From: Chloroflexota bacterium
GTDB taxonomy: Bacteria > Chloroflexota > Dehalococcoidia > UBA2979
Assembly (NCBI GenBank): GCA_002716405.1
Contig: PBBA01000006.1
Coordinates: 70,142-134,141 of the forward strand
Length of the DNA stretch: 64,000 nucleotides
Direction: 5' to 3'
Numbering within the stretch: position 1 is the first letter of the stretch; every line of letters begins with the position of its first letter. A model generated the notes under the pieces. That model did not search any database and had not been told where the DNA came from. It saw only the letters and a program-made list of their open reading frames with translations. Below, one piece after another: positions 39,619 to 49,683 of this stretch. The position numbers were made by a program, and so were the translations under genes.

Positions 39619-40450
39619 TTTACAAAATGATACTGAACCTTATATAGGTAAAATTCTGCCTCAAATTGAATTCATGGTCACTCAAGAAATATTAAATGAT
39701 TACAATGGCGGACTCAACCTTCAGTACAATAAAAACCTACCCATCCCTTCTATGGTAGCTGGAGCAGCCGATAATTTTCATAAGTGGACGGCGTTTAGCC
39801 AAGAACGCGGGCACTTATGGATGAGACAGGAATGGCAGCTGTTCGGATCAATCAATCTTAACCAAGTTTATATTGCTCATGCTGAAATTATTGATATCTA
39901 TAAAAAAAGAGACCGTACTGTAGTGAATACGGAGATGTCCCTTAAGAATAGTGACGATGAAATTATTATTAAATCTAATCATCATCAATCTTTTCTTCTT
40001 GATGAACCTATAGAAACAGTACAGTTTAGAGACCCTAGCAAAAAAGAAGGTAGTAGGAAATTTCTAATCCCTGAAGGCAATCCTATTCCACAATTAGAAT
40101 CAAATATAACTTTAGAAATGTGTGGAGAATTTTTTCATGGAAGTAAAAGCTATCATACTGATTTAAAATCTTCTCAAGATCTTGGCTTTAATAATGTTGT
40201 AGTCGGTGGAAGAATGACTATGTCATACGTGGGACATTTAGTAGAGCAACACTTTGGTAAAGATTGGTGGAATAGTGGGGAACTCGATATAAAATTCACT
40301 AACCCTGTTTGGCCGAATGATAAATTATTTATCAAAGGAATAGACATTGGTATTCTGAAAAACGATAACAACAGAAGAGGTGTTTTTACCTGGATCGAAA
40401 AAGAAGATGGAACCATCGTCTTAATTGGTAATGCAAGCATCACTAATTAA
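39608..40450 (+). CDS. Hypothetical double hot-dog fold (MaoC-dehydratase-like) protein. The start is uncertain (39533, 39608 or 39674).
   Basis: The C-terminal half carries a MaoC-like signature (VVGGRMTMSYVGHLV…). The 5' end overlaps the divergent sco1 start, so one of the two starts is probably later. Confidence 0.35.
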   Translation: MQSNLQNDTEPYIGKILPQIEFMVTQEILNDYNGGLNLQYNKNLPIPSMVAGAADNFHKWTAFSQERGHLWMRQEWQLFGSINLNQVYIAHAEIIDIYKKRDRTVVNTEMSLKNSDDEIIIKSNHHQSFLLDEPIETVQFRDPSKKEGSRKFLIPEGNPIPQLESNITLEMCGEFFHGSKSYHTDLKSSQDLGFNNVVVGGRMTMSYVGHLVEQHFGKDWWNSGELDIKFTNPVWPNDKLFIKGIDIGILKNDNNRRGVFTWIEKEDGTIVLIGNASITN

Positions 40451-40477
40451 TTTTTAGTCTTTTGTGGAGAAAGATAA

Positions 40478-41233
40478 ATGACCTATCAAGTTGTACTCTT
40501 AAGACATGGTGAAAGTGTCTGGAATAAAGAAAATAGATTCGCAGGTTGGGTAGATATCGATTTATCTGATATGGGAAAATTGGAAGCACTTTCTGCTGCA
40601 AAACAACTAAAAGAATCTAATTTTGAATTCGATATTGTATTTACGTCAGTCCTAAAACGGGCAATTCGTACTTCATGGATTATCCTAGATGAGTTAGATC
40701 AATTATGGATACCTTCCATTAAATCATGGCAACTTAATGAACGACATTATGGAGCGCTAGCCGGATTAAATAAAATTGAAACAGCAGAACTACACGGTGA
40801 AGAACAAGTTTTTACTTGGCGAAGAAGTTTTGACACGCGACCTCCACCGTTAGAGAAAAACGACCCAAGCCATCCACGTTTTGAGAAACGATATTCCTCA
40901 ATTGGGCTTTCTGCTGCCGTACCTTCATCAGAATCCCTAAAAGATACAATGGCTAGGGTTATCCCATTCTGGAACGATGAAATCATACCTTATATAAAAA
41001 ATGGCGAACGTATACTTATTTCTGCGCACGGAAATAGTATCCGTGCATTAGTAAAACATTTTGATGGCATATCTGACTCTGCGATAAGTGAAATCAATAT
41101 CCCAACTGGAATGCCTCTTATATATGAATTCGATGAAAATATGATTGCATTGAACCACTATTACCTAGGCGGAGAAGAAGCAGCTGCAGCTGCAGCTGCA
41201 GCTGTTGCTGCACAAGCCATCAAAAAAAGTTAG
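40478..41233 (+). CDS. gpmA: 2,3-bisphosphoglycerate-dependent phosphoglycerate mutase
   Basis: VLLRHGESVWNKENRFAGW…, a catalytic His in RHGES, and an Ala-rich C-terminal tail as in E. coli GpmA. Confidence 0.93.
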   Translation: MTYQVVLLRHGESVWNKENRFAGWVDIDLSDMGKLEALSAAKQLKESNFEFDIVFTSVLKRAIRTSWIILDELDQLWIPSIKSWQLNERHYGALAGLNKIETAELHGEEQVFTWRRSFDTRPPPLEKNDPSHPRFEKRYSSIGLSAAVPSSESLKDTMARVIPFWNDEIIPYIKNGERILISAHGNSIRALVKHFDGISDSAISEINIPTGMPLIYEFDENMIALNHYYLGGEEAAAAAAAAVAAQAIKKS

Positions 41234-41241
41234 CGTCAAAT

Positions 41242-42144
41242 TTATTTTTCTTCAGGAAATTCATCAGCCCATAGAGGAGAGGATTTTTTAAGATGACGCA
41301 TCTGTGTTAATGTTTTTGCAACTAAAGTACCGTCTGGTTTAATGAGTCGTGACTCATGCCAAGAATACTCCGACTTATTTGAGGAGCCTATAGCAACTAA
41401 TTCACTCTCAGAAAGATAATCTTGATCCAAGAATACTGGACCCTCAACATACTTTAATTCTTGCGCACCAAGCATGCTAACTACCCCTTCAGTTCTTAAA
41501 CCCAATCCGCCTGAAGATTCTCCTGCTATATTAGGGACACTCGCTGGGTTAGCAACAGGTGCCCCCCAAGGTGAGACATTGGTATACCAATCATTGGGAG
41601 CAGTAGGCATGTATGCTTCTGATTCTGCCAAACGTACTGGGATCGCATCGGTTACTGTACCAATTTTATGATCAGCGAGAATACGGACATCCTCTGCACC
41701 ATGAGTGTTCAAGACCATTTGATGTGCTAAGGAAGAACTTTTAGGATCTCCAAGTTGCGCAGTGCCATTAACTAAATGAAGTCCATCTTCACGTTCTACC
41801 CAAATTTGTACCTGCTCATCATCTCCATTTAATTCAGGTGCTTGAAGCCCAATGCGTACGATATCACCATGCATTGTAGGTTTGATAAACATCGCAGAAA
41901 AACCACCAACTTCAAACCAACGTTGACCAAAACCTGCCAGTAGGACTCTTGGAAATTGCTGCACATGAGTAGTCCCTCGAACCACTCCACCTTGAAATCC
42001 AACCTTACGTGCAGTTTCATCACTTTGAACTGCACCTTGACGATTAGCTAAAACATTAATTACTTCATAAAAAGGTGTATATATCGCACCATCATCTTCT
42101 ATAATTTCACCTACATCATATTCAGTATGCATAGCTCTCTCCAA
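41242..42144 (-). CDS. Hypothetical protein (300 aa)
   Basis: ORF only; no confident family. Confidence 0.4.
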   Translation of the reverse strand: MERAMHTEYDVGEIIEDDGAIYTPFYEVINVLANRQGAVQSDETARKVGFQGGVVRGTTHVQQFPRVLLAGFGQRWFEVGGFSAMFIKPTMHGDIVRIGLQAPELNGDDEQVQIWVEREDGLHLVNGTAQLGDPKSSSLAHQMVLNTHGAEDVRILADHKIGTVTDAIPVRLAESEAYMPTAPNDWYTNVSPWGAPVANPASVPNIAGESSGGLGLRTEGVVSMLGAQELKYVEGPVFLDQDYLSESELVAIGSSNKSEYSWHESRLIKPDGTLVAKTLTQMRHLKKSSPLWADEFPEEK

Positions 42145-42239
42145 TTTCGACCCACAGGCTTTAGAAAAATTTTAAATAAAATACTACTCAAATAAGTAAA
42201 ATTCTATTGAGCTTTTCACTATATTCAGAAACTAGGAAA

Positions 42240-42545
42240 TTACCAACTAGATTTTCTTACGCCGGGCAAAAAACCTTGATTCGCTAATTCACGAAAAACA
42301 ATTCGCGAAACGCCAAACTTACGCATATATGCACGCGGACGACCAGTGACCCCACATCGATTCACGTATCGGACACGGCTACCATCTCGTGGCATCTTAT
42401 TCAGAGTCGCATATGCTTTCTGTTTTTCTCCAAGATCGATAGTAGGATCATTGATCAAAGAACGTAGCTCTGCACGTCGCTCAGCATCCCGCAATATGAG
42501 ATGTTGCCGCTTGGTATTTCTTGCAATTTTTGACTTTTTAGCTAT
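42240..42545 (-). CDS. rpsN: 30S ribosomal protein S14, long zinc-independent (C-) type. The apparent start is a non-canonical ATA at 42543-42545; the ORF track used an internal TTG at 42494.
   Basis: …[39 protein letters not shown] is canonical S14. Extending upstream in frame gives (M)[15 protein letters not shown]…, which matches the conserved S14 N-terminus. The only in-frame codon before Ala is ATA, preceded by TAA TAA. Confidence 0.75.
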   Translation of the reverse strand: MAKKSKIARNTKRQHLILRDAERRAELRSLINDPTIDLGEKQKAYATLNKMPRDGSRVRYVNRCGVTGRPRAYMRKFGVSRIVFRELANQGFLPGVRKSSW

Positions 42546-42692
42546 ATATCTACCTTATTAACATGGGATCTGAGTATGGACGCCAATTCCTACACAAGCA
42601 AGTACAAATACTACAAATTAGCAAAATTTATTTAAAACTGACATTTTGTACCACTTTGAGTATGCTACACACCTAAAGAGAAAAGAGAATAT

Positions 42693-43946
42693 ATGCCAAA
42701 TCCTGGACCATTAAATGGAGTAAAGGTTCTTGAATTTACGCAAATCATTGCAGGTCCATTATCATGTCAATTACTAGCTGATTTAGGTGCCGATGTGATC
42801 AAGATTGAACCTCTCGAAGGTGAACCATGGCGTTTAGCACAACAATTCATCCCTCAAGAATCAAAAACATATCAAGGACTCAATCGAGGCAAAAGATCTT
42901 TAGCTATTGATTTAGGTCATCCTGACTCAAAAGCGGTTATTTATCGGTTGATAGAGGATATAGATGTGGTCGTAATTAATTATCGCCCTGATGTTCCTTC
43001 TAGATTAGGAATTGATTACGAAGAGTTAAAAAAAATTAAACCCGATATTATTTATGCAGATAATACTGCCTTCGGTAGAGAAGGTCCTTGGGCTGATCGC
43101 CCTGGATACGATATTGTCGTTCAAGCTGCATCAGGTTTAATGGCTCAATCAGAAAAAATTGATGCAAAAGGACATCCATCTGTTGGTGGTGCCATAGCGG
43201 ACTATACGACAGGGTATTCAATAGCACTGGGGGTATGTGCTGCACTTTTTTTTAGACAACAATCAGGCCAGGGACAAAAATTTGAAACATCGTTATTGAT
43301 CAATGCACTCAACATACAAGGGCAATCAATGGAACTGCCTGCAGCAGATTCAATTGAGCGAACGACTTTACTACAAGATTTAGCAGACCGTGAAAAAAAT
43401 AGTACAGATTACGCACAATTTATAAAAAACCATCAAAGAATACGTGAAATCTATTATCGCGCTTATGCGACTAAAGACGGTGCTATAGCAATAGGTGCTT
43501 TATCTGCTTCACTTAGAGGAAAAGTACGGCTTGCACTCAATATAGAACATAATCGCGATAATCCAGAATACGACGCAAAAGATCCCAAACAAATTGAAAT
43601 AGATGAAAATATTACTGAACTAGTAGAATCAATGATTAAAGAAAACACATCAGATCACTGGGAAAAAGTATTTGAAAAAGCAGGAGTACCTGTTAGCAGG
43701 GTTCATTGGGTTCAAGAACTTGCAGATCATCCACAGGTTCAAGCTAATAAATACATGATTAATCTTGAACATGACTTAAGTGGACCTCAACGTATGGCTG
43801 CTCCACCGTGGAAAATGAGTGTTTCTACTTTGGATCCTTCAAATGCATCTCCTCCTCTAGGAAGAGACACTAATGACATTCTAAAAAATAGTGGTTTCTC
43901 TGATGTAGAAATAGAAGATCTAAGGAACGAAAAGGTAATAGGTTAA
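42693..43946 (+). CDS. CoA-transferase family III (CaiB/BaiF) protein
   Basis: LNGVKVLEFTQIIAGPLSCQLLADLGADVIKIEP N-terminal signature. 417 aa. Confidence 0.88.
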   Translation: MPNPGPLNGVKVLEFTQIIAGPLSCQLLADLGADVIKIEPLEGEPWRLAQQFIPQESKTYQGLNRGKRSLAIDLGHPDSKAVIYRLIEDIDVVVINYRPDVPSRLGIDYEELKKIKPDIIYADNTAFGREGPWADRPGYDIVVQAASGLMAQSEKIDAKGHPSVGGAIADYTTGYSIALGVCAALFFRQQSGQGQKFETSLLINALNIQGQSMELPAADSIERTTLLQDLADREKNSTDYAQFIKNHQRIREIYYRAYATKDGAIAIGALSASLRGKVRLALNIEHNRDNPEYDAKDPKQIEIDENITELVESMIKENTSDHWEKVFEKAGVPVSRVHWVQELADHPQVQANKYMINLEHDLSGPQRMAAPPWKMSVSTLDPSNASPPLGRDTNDILKNSGFSDVEIEDLRNEKVIG

Positions 43947-43948
43947 AT

Positions 43949-45286
43949 TCATTCTTCTTGTAATTGTAACTTGAAGTAATATTGATAACCAAAAGCAACT
44001 GCAAGAATTGCTTCGACCGATAAAGTAGTCAATACAGCAACTGCACCAACAATTGCACCATTCCAAAGGGTCAAATAACTAATCAATAATGCAAAAATTA
44101 CAAGACTGACTAAGCGACCAATATTTACAAATACAAGACTTTTTACTTGTTTATACTGCAGTAGCGCCGCTGCGAAAAGTTGTTCGATAACCATGATCAA
44201 AGGTAAAACTGACAAAACTTTCAGAGCAACTAAAGTTAGTTGATATAACCTACCTGAAACTCCTATTAAGTCATTTATTAAGAAATTAGAAAAAGATGGT
44301 ATCCACACAACTAACAGCACAAACAACGAACTTACGAAACCAATACGTAGAGAAAATCTAGTGATTTTTCTCAAATCCTCTCCTTGATTCATTAGTGCCA
44401 GAATTGTAGGAGTTAATCCACCGACCAAGAATGTAAAAAATGTAAAAATTCCCATAGCAAGAGGAAACGCTGCTAAAGATAATTTTGATTCTGGGGCATG
44501 TGAGACAAGAGCTAAAATGAAAGGTTTACTAAATGCTGGAAGAAAAGCAACGAATAGTAATGGAGTGAAAAATTTAGTTAATTCTAACTGTGTTAGCTTA
44601 AGATTTTTATTAGATTGCTCTAAATTAAGAGAAATCAGTACTAGGGAAATTAACATTAGACAAAATTCAATCAAGTTCGCAAATACAACAGATATAGCTG
44701 CAATTTGAGATCCTTGAATGCCTAAAAACGATAATGAAATTGCACACACACAAATACTTAGAACGTTAGTAATTAATCCAATCCATACAATTTTTGGTCT
44801 TTCAATTCTCAGTGCTATTCCGTAGAGATACATTTTTATAATCATTAAAGCAGGAACTGGCATCATCCAAAAAAATGAAGTTTTTGCTTCCTTTTGAAGA
44901 GCAGCATCTGTAGAAAAAATAGCACCAAAGATAAAATTAGATAAAGGTGTAATGCCAATAATTAATGTAATAACTGATGCAATAATTGCAAGCCTTATAA
45001 CAAAAACTCTTAATACCCTTAAGGAATAAACATCTTGTAAAAAGATTAAGGTCAAATGTTGAACACGTAATTGAGGTAATGCGATCAATCCGATCAATCC
45101 AAACGATATTGCAAAACCTCCTATAGCAAGTTCTGGATCGTCTGCACGTGCCATTATTGCATTTAATATTGGTTCCATAATTATAACTAAGGTTAAATTA
45201 AGGGCAGAAGGCAAAAGGAGAACAAAACCACGTTGCGAAAATTGCATTTCGCTAAATATTAATTTTGCACTAAAAGTCTTGTTCAA
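43949..45286 (-). CDS. MOP/MATE-superfamily polytopic membrane exporter (putative flippase or efflux protein)
   Basis: 445 aa with ~12 TM helices. The family is assigned from topology only. Confidence 0.35.
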   Translation of the reverse strand: MNKTFSAKLIFSEMQFSQRGFVLLLPSALNLTLVIIMEPILNAIMARADDPELAIGGFAISFGLIGLIALPQLRVQHLTLIFLQDVYSLRVLRVFVIRLAIIASVITLIIGITPLSNFIFGAIFSTDAALQKEAKTSFFWMMPVPALMIIKMYLYGIALRIERPKIVWIGLITNVLSICVCAISLSFLGIQGSQIAAISVVFANLIEFCLMLISLVLISLNLEQSNKNLKLTQLELTKFFTPLLFVAFLPAFSKPFILALVSHAPESKLSLAAFPLAMGIFTFFTFLVGGLTPTILALMNQGEDLRKITRFSLRIGFVSSLFVLLVVWIPSFSNFLINDLIGVSGRLYQLTLVALKVLSVLPLIMVIEQLFAAALLQYKQVKSLVFVNIGRLVSLVIFALLISYLTLWNGAIVGAVAVLTTLSVEAILAVAFGYQYYFKLQLQEE

Positions 45287-45304
45287 TATTAGAAGATACT
45301 CTAA

Positions 45305-46819
45305 CTAGGAAACCACTGTTTGAGCTGCATTATCACCTGCAGTACGTCCAAAGACAGCCCCAGACATCAATCCTGTTCCTCCAGCATAATTATGAAAAAA
45401 CAGGCCACCTACTAATTCACCAGTAGCATATAAACCCTTAATTGGTAAATCATCAGTATCCAAAACTTGAGCAGTTTTAGGATTAATCTTTAAACCTCCA
45501 AAAGTAAAAGTTAAACCCGTTGTAACCGCAACTCCAAAATAAGGTGGTTGATTTAGTGGTAATGCCCAATTAGATTTTGGAGGCTCTATACCCTCGGTTT
45601 TTACTCCATCAAGGATTGCAGGATTATAATTACCCGATTGACAAGCACTATTAAATTGTTCCACAGTCTGTTTCAATCCACCAATATCTATACCTAATGC
45701 ATCTGCAAGTTCTTCAATGGTATTTGCTTCCGCTTTTGTGATCTCACGAATTCGATATTCATCGCGAAGCATAGATATTGTTTGCTGATCAAATAATTGA
45801 AAGGCAACGCCCAAAGGTTGTTTAAGTATTTCTCGACCATATTTAGCATATGTGTAATTTCGAAAATCAGCTCCTTCATCCACAAATCGTTCTCCATTAA
45901 CATTAACAATCATTCCAAGTGGGTACGAATGCTTTTGATACAAATCACCAATTCGACGGTTACCCGTTGGTGGAGCATTGAGATCCCAAGCCACTGCATG
46001 GCCACTAGACCAATGACCATAAGGTTGTGCACCAATGTCAATTGCAGCACGGATCATATCACCCATGTTATGTCTAGTTCCTCGAACTTTAGCGAATTCC
46101 CATCCTGCACCTAAATATCGAGTTCGCATTTCAACATTAGATTCAAACCCACCTGCTGCAAGAATTATTGCATCTGCAGCAATTACTTCAGTAGATTCAC
46201 GTGTTTTGACTTTGACACCGATTACAGCATTATTTTGTTCATTAACTACTAACCCTAAAGCACGACAGCCATACTGTATTTCAATTCCTGCTTCTTCAGT
46301 GGCAGAAAAAAGCCTGTCCGAAAGTCCTTCACCTCCTCCTACAGCCTCAGTAATCATGCCTCCCCAAAATTTTAATTTCCCATCAACTTCATAAGCTTGA
46401 CGGCCATACATGAGAACCCAGCGTTGATTATGGCGATCTCTCATCCATTTGACAGTATCGTATGCATTACGCACTAAATGCTCGACCATACCATCATCGG
46501 CTTGACCTTCAGTAACTCGAAATAAATCTGAACGCATTGCAGATTCGGGATAACTACCAACTTCAATTTTTGCAAGTTCTTCATCCGAAAGATCAGGCAT
46601 TAATTCAAGAATATCTTCAATACCATTATACGGAAAACGAAATCCACCTCCGGTAAAAAAAGTATTACCTCCACGTTCACCTTGATCGGCTTTTTCTAAT
46701 ACTGTGACTTCAACATTATGTTCACTAGCAGCTAAAGCGGCACACAAAGCTGCATTTCCTGCACCTACTACAACTACTTTTGGCATTGCTACTCCTCCAA
46801 TGTATTTCACAATAGACAA
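45305..46819 (-). CDS. FAD-dependent oxidoreductase (succinate dehydrogenase/fumarate reductase flavoprotein-like, KstD/TcuA-like). The likely start is MPKVVVVGAG at 46786.
   Basis: VVVVGAGNAALCAALAA dinucleotide-binding motif; FAD_binding_2-like length and C-terminus. Confidence 0.75.
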   Translation of the reverse strand: MSIVKYIGGVAMPKVVVVGAGNAALCAALAASEHNVEVTVLEKADQGERGGNTFFTGGGFRFPYNGIEDILELMPDLSDEELAKIEVGSYPESAMRSDLFRVTEGQADDGMVEHLVRNAYDTVKWMRDRHNQRWVLMYGRQAYEVDGKLKFWGGMITEAVGGGEGLSDRLFSATEEAGIEIQYGCRALGLVVNEQNNAVIGVKVKTRESTEVIAADAIILAAGGFESNVEMRTRYLGAGWEFAKVRGTRHNMGDMIRAAIDIGAQPYGHWSSGHAVAWDLNAPPTGNRRIGDLYQKHSYPLGMIVNVNGERFVDEGADFRNYTYAKYGREILKQPLGVAFQLFDQQTISMLRDEYRIREITKAEANTIEELADALGIDIGGLKQTVEQFNSACQSGNYNPAILDGVKTEGIEPPKSNWALPLNQPPYFGVAVTTGLTFTFGGLKINPKTAQVLDTDDLPIKGLYATGELVGGLFFHNYAGGTGLMSGAVFGRTAGDNAAQTVVS

Positions 46820-46847
46820 ACTACTATAACTCTATAATCTAATTTGA

Positions 46848-47627
46848 CTAAATTTCACTACCCAAAATTTGAAAAATTTCACTTTTAATTTGTGTAAATT
46901 CTGTAGAATGAATCACTTTCTTTTTTCGAGGCCTTTCAATACTTACATCAACGCGCTTAATAATTGAACCAGGTCGTTCCGACAAGATGTAGATAGTATC
47001 AGAAAGTAAAATAGCCTCATCGACATCATGAGTAACTAGAATTATTGTTCGACGATCGTGATCCCATATCTGCTGAAGCCATTGTTGCATTTCATAACGT
47101 GTTAATGCATCAAGTGAACCAAATGGTTCGTCGAGTAATATCGTGTCCTTGGGAATTAAAAAAGTTCTAAGCAATGCTAATCTCTGACGCATACCACCAG
47201 ATAATTGATTAGGCCAAACTTTTTCAAACCCTGCAAGACCAAATAGTTCATATAATTCTGATGCTTTTTGAAAAGCTACCTTCCGAGGAACACCTAAAAT
47301 TTCAGCTCCAAGTACAGCATTTTTCTCAACTGTACGCCAAGGAAATAGAGTGTCTCTTTGAGGCATAAATGCCACACGCCCTAAACTACTGAAACTTTTT
47401 TCACCATTAACATAAATTACTCCTTTAGACGGATTGAGTAATCCAGAAATTAAGTGAAGTAGCGTACTTTTGCCAGATCCACTAGGACCAATAAAGCTTA
47501 CAAAATCACCAGTATTAACTTTAAAAGATATATCTCGTAAAGCATCTATTTTTTGTGATTGAGTATATGTATAGTCAACACCTTCAACATCTACAGCAAC
47601 GTCTTCCATAGTTATAGATTCTATCAC
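46848..47627 (-). CDS. ABC transporter ATP-binding protein (NitT/TauT family; ThiZ-like)
   Basis: Walker A GPSGSGKST, signature LSGGMRQR, Walker B ILLDEPFGSLD. Confidence 0.9.
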   Translation of the reverse strand: MIESITMEDVAVDVEGVDYTYTQSQKIDALRDISFKVNTGDFVSFIGPSGSGKSTLLHLISGLLNPSKGVIYVNGEKSFSSLGRVAFMPQRDTLFPWRTVEKNAVLGAEILGVPRKVAFQKASELYELFGLAGFEKVWPNQLSGGMRQRLALLRTFLIPKDTILLDEPFGSLDALTRYEMQQWLQQIWDHDRRTIILVTHDVDEAILLSDTIYILSERPGSIIKRVDVSIERPRKKKVIHSTEFTQIKSEIFQILGSEI

Positions 47628-48641
47628 TTAGGGTAAAAATTCATTGGAATATACATTTTCCACTTCTAAAGAATTCTCTGTAATCCCAGATTGTAGAAGA
47701 AAGCTTTCAAATCCTTCCCAAATATCTAATTCTTGGTAACCCCATTGACTATTTTCATCTTTATATCGAGTAGCTAAATATAGAGTACTTTTTCTAACTA
47801 ATTGTTCATCTAACTCAGGGACAGACTTTAACAAAATAGTAGCTGCTTCATCAGGATTACTCATTGCATATTCATATCCACGATTTGTAGCATCAAGAAA
47901 ACTAGTAATTAAGTCAGGGTTTTCAGAAATCAATTTATCGTTACTTGCGATTAATGGTGTATACCAATCGGGAATACAATTAGTGTAATCGATGAATTTT
48001 AGTGTCTTTATCTCAACACCATCCATACTTTTTGCCCTGATAACATCCCATCCTTCAAAAACCCATACAAAGTCAAATCTACCTTGTTGCATACCTGGAA
48101 CATAATCAATGTTTCCAACTTCAACATACTTAACTTTGTTAGGGTCTCCACCTGCACAGGTGACAAGTGTGTCAATTAAGCTTTTTTCCAACGGACCACC
48201 CCATCCACCATAAGTTTTACCTACAAGATCTTTAGGATTTTCTATTCCGGTAGAAGAAAGACTCATAAGACTTGAATCATTATGAGGTAAAATAGTCGCG
48301 ATCGATGTAATAGGAATTTCAGCTAATCGTGCAGGAATCATATACTCAGCATATGATATGCCAAAATCAACCTTCCCTTGACCTAAAACAGGCTCAACTC
48401 CTGCGGCTGCAGGTTCAATAATTTGAAGATCTATCCCCATTTCTTTATACCAGCCCTGATCTAAAGCAACGTAAATACCTGCGTGATTTGTATTAGGAGT
48501 CCAGTCCAACATCAACGTTGTAGTACGTAATTCATTACTATCATTACCATTCATACAACCAATGCTCACGATAATTAAAGTAACGACAGCAACCAATCTA
48601 ATGGTAATAACCTTAAGATAATTAGTAATCATTTCTTTCAT
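47628..48641 (-). CDS. ABC transporter substrate-binding protein, NMT1/THI5-like (ThiY-like HMP-binding protein candidate)
   Basis: 337 aa with an N-terminal TM/signal and an SsuA/THI5-type periplasmic binding fold. It lies downstream of a TPP riboswitch. Confidence 0.75.
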   Translation of the reverse strand: MKEMITNYLKVITIRLVAVVTLIIVSIGCMNGNDSNELRTTTLMLDWTPNTNHAGIYVALDQGWYKEMGIDLQIIEPAAAGVEPVLGQGKVDFGISYAEYMIPARLAEIPITSIATILPHNDSSLMSLSSTGIENPKDLVGKTYGGWGGPLEKSLIDTLVTCAGGDPNKVKYVEVGNIDYVPGMQQGRFDFVWVFEGWDVIRAKSMDGVEIKTLKFIDYTNCIPDWYTPLIASNDKLISENPDLITSFLDATNRGYEYAMSNPDEAATILLKSVPELDEQLVRKSTLYLATRYKDENSQWGYQELDIWEGFESFLLQSGITENSLEVENVYSNEFLP

Positions 48642-48657
48642 TTCCTCTCTCTCAAAT

Positions 48658-49440
48658 TTACTTATCTCCCATATCGATCAATGCTTTCCTCCAAGGCATA
48701 GCAATATTCGATAGTATTTGTATTGATATAAATAGTGAGATGCTAAGTACTGCAATTACGATGATCGCCATGAATATCTGATCCGTTTGGAAAGATCTTT
48801 GAGATCTGACTAAGAATAACCCCAATCCTGAACTAGCACCCATCCATTCTGCAATCACTGCACCTATGACAGCGTACGTTGAAGCAATTCTTAGTCCAGA
48901 AAAGAAAGCTGGAATAGCTGAAGGAAAAAGTACTAATCGGAAAGTTTGCCATCGATTAGCACCAAGACCACGAACTAAAGAAATCATATCTTTATCTACA
49001 TTCATTAATCCATCTGCAGTATTCACAACAATTGGGAAAAAGCCTATAAGGACAACAATAATTACTTTAGGTGTCAGACCAAATCCAAACCACACAGCAA
49101 GTAGTGGGGCTAAAGCTAAAATCGGAATATTTTGACTAACTACAACAATGGGATATAAAACACGACGGATAAACGGTATACCGGCAATTAAAGCTGCTAT
49201 CAATACACCGATAATTACTGCAAAAAAAAGTCCAACTAGTGCTTCTGACATAGTAGTAAGTATATGTTCAGGTAAAATTGAAAAATGGTTAAGAAAAGAT
49301 TGCCCTACTGCACTAGGAGCAGGAACAAGATAGTCGGAAACATATCCTGACTTAACATACCATTCCCAAAAAAAAATGCTAAAAGCTAGAAATAACATAC
49401 ATGGAAAATATTCTTTATTTTTCTGCCGTAAATTATTCAC
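48658..49440 (-). CDS. ABC transporter permease (NitT/TauT family; ThiX-like)
   Basis: 260 aa, 6 TM helices, with an EAA-like loop. Confidence 0.85.
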   Translation of the reverse strand: MNNLRQKNKEYFPCMLFLAFSIFFWEWYVKSGYVSDYLVPAPSAVGQSFLNHFSILPEHILTTMSEALVGLFFAVIIGVLIAALIAGIPFIRRVLYPIVVVSQNIPILALAPLLAVWFGFGLTPKVIIVVLIGFFPIVVNTADGLMNVDKDMISLVRGLGANRWQTFRLVLFPSAIPAFFSGLRIASTYAVIGAVIAEWMGASSGLGLFLVRSQRSFQTDQIFMAIIVIAVLSISLFISIQILSNIAMPWRKALIDMGDK

Positions 49441-49491
49441 ACTAATTACCTAATTTCTGAAATTGTTCAATTTATAAACAGGTAATTTGCT

Positions 49492-49610
49492 AAAGAAAAG
49501 CGTAGAACTAGATAGAATGCCATTTAGCTACTCCGCTTCCCTACGCTCGAATTACCAAGTTCAGGTTCCTGGGGTTGAATCTATTCTCTCAGCCTCTAGG
49601 CTCCCCCAGC
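49492..49610 (-). ncRNA. TPP (thiamine pyrophosphate, THI-box) riboswitch with a putative terminator expression platform, in the 5' leader of the ABC transporter operon
   Basis: The - strand RNA reads CCGCUGGGGGAGCCUAGAGGCUGAGAGAAUAGAUUCAACCCCAGGAACCUGAACUUGGUAAUUCGAGCGUAGGGAAGCGG. It contains the conserved CUGAGA, ACCUGA, GGUAAU and GCGUAGGGAA elements and a P1 (CCGC/GCGG). Downstream, the hairpin GCGUAG…CUACGC is followed by UUUUCUUU (49492-49505). Confidence 0.75.
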
Positions 49611-49683
49611 GGATTAACCATGTTAAGAAGAAATTACTCTAGAAGTCAAACTACAGATACAATACTAATAACTGAGAAAAAAT

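Noticed and set aside
41170-41215. (GCAGCT)n hexanucleotide repeat, first taken as a microsatellite or contingency locus
   Set aside because: It encodes the Ala-rich C-terminal tail of GpmA (…EEAAAAAAAAVAAQAIKKS), which E. coli GpmA also has (…AAKAAAVANQGKAK). It is a normal feature of the protein family and not a mobile or hypervariable repeat.
42495-42692. Looked for a Zur box (TCGTAAT-N-ATTACGA-like) upstream of the stand-alone C- type rpsN
   Set aside because: No convincing palindrome of that type is visible. Regulation of this paralogue by zinc is left as an open inference and is not claimed.
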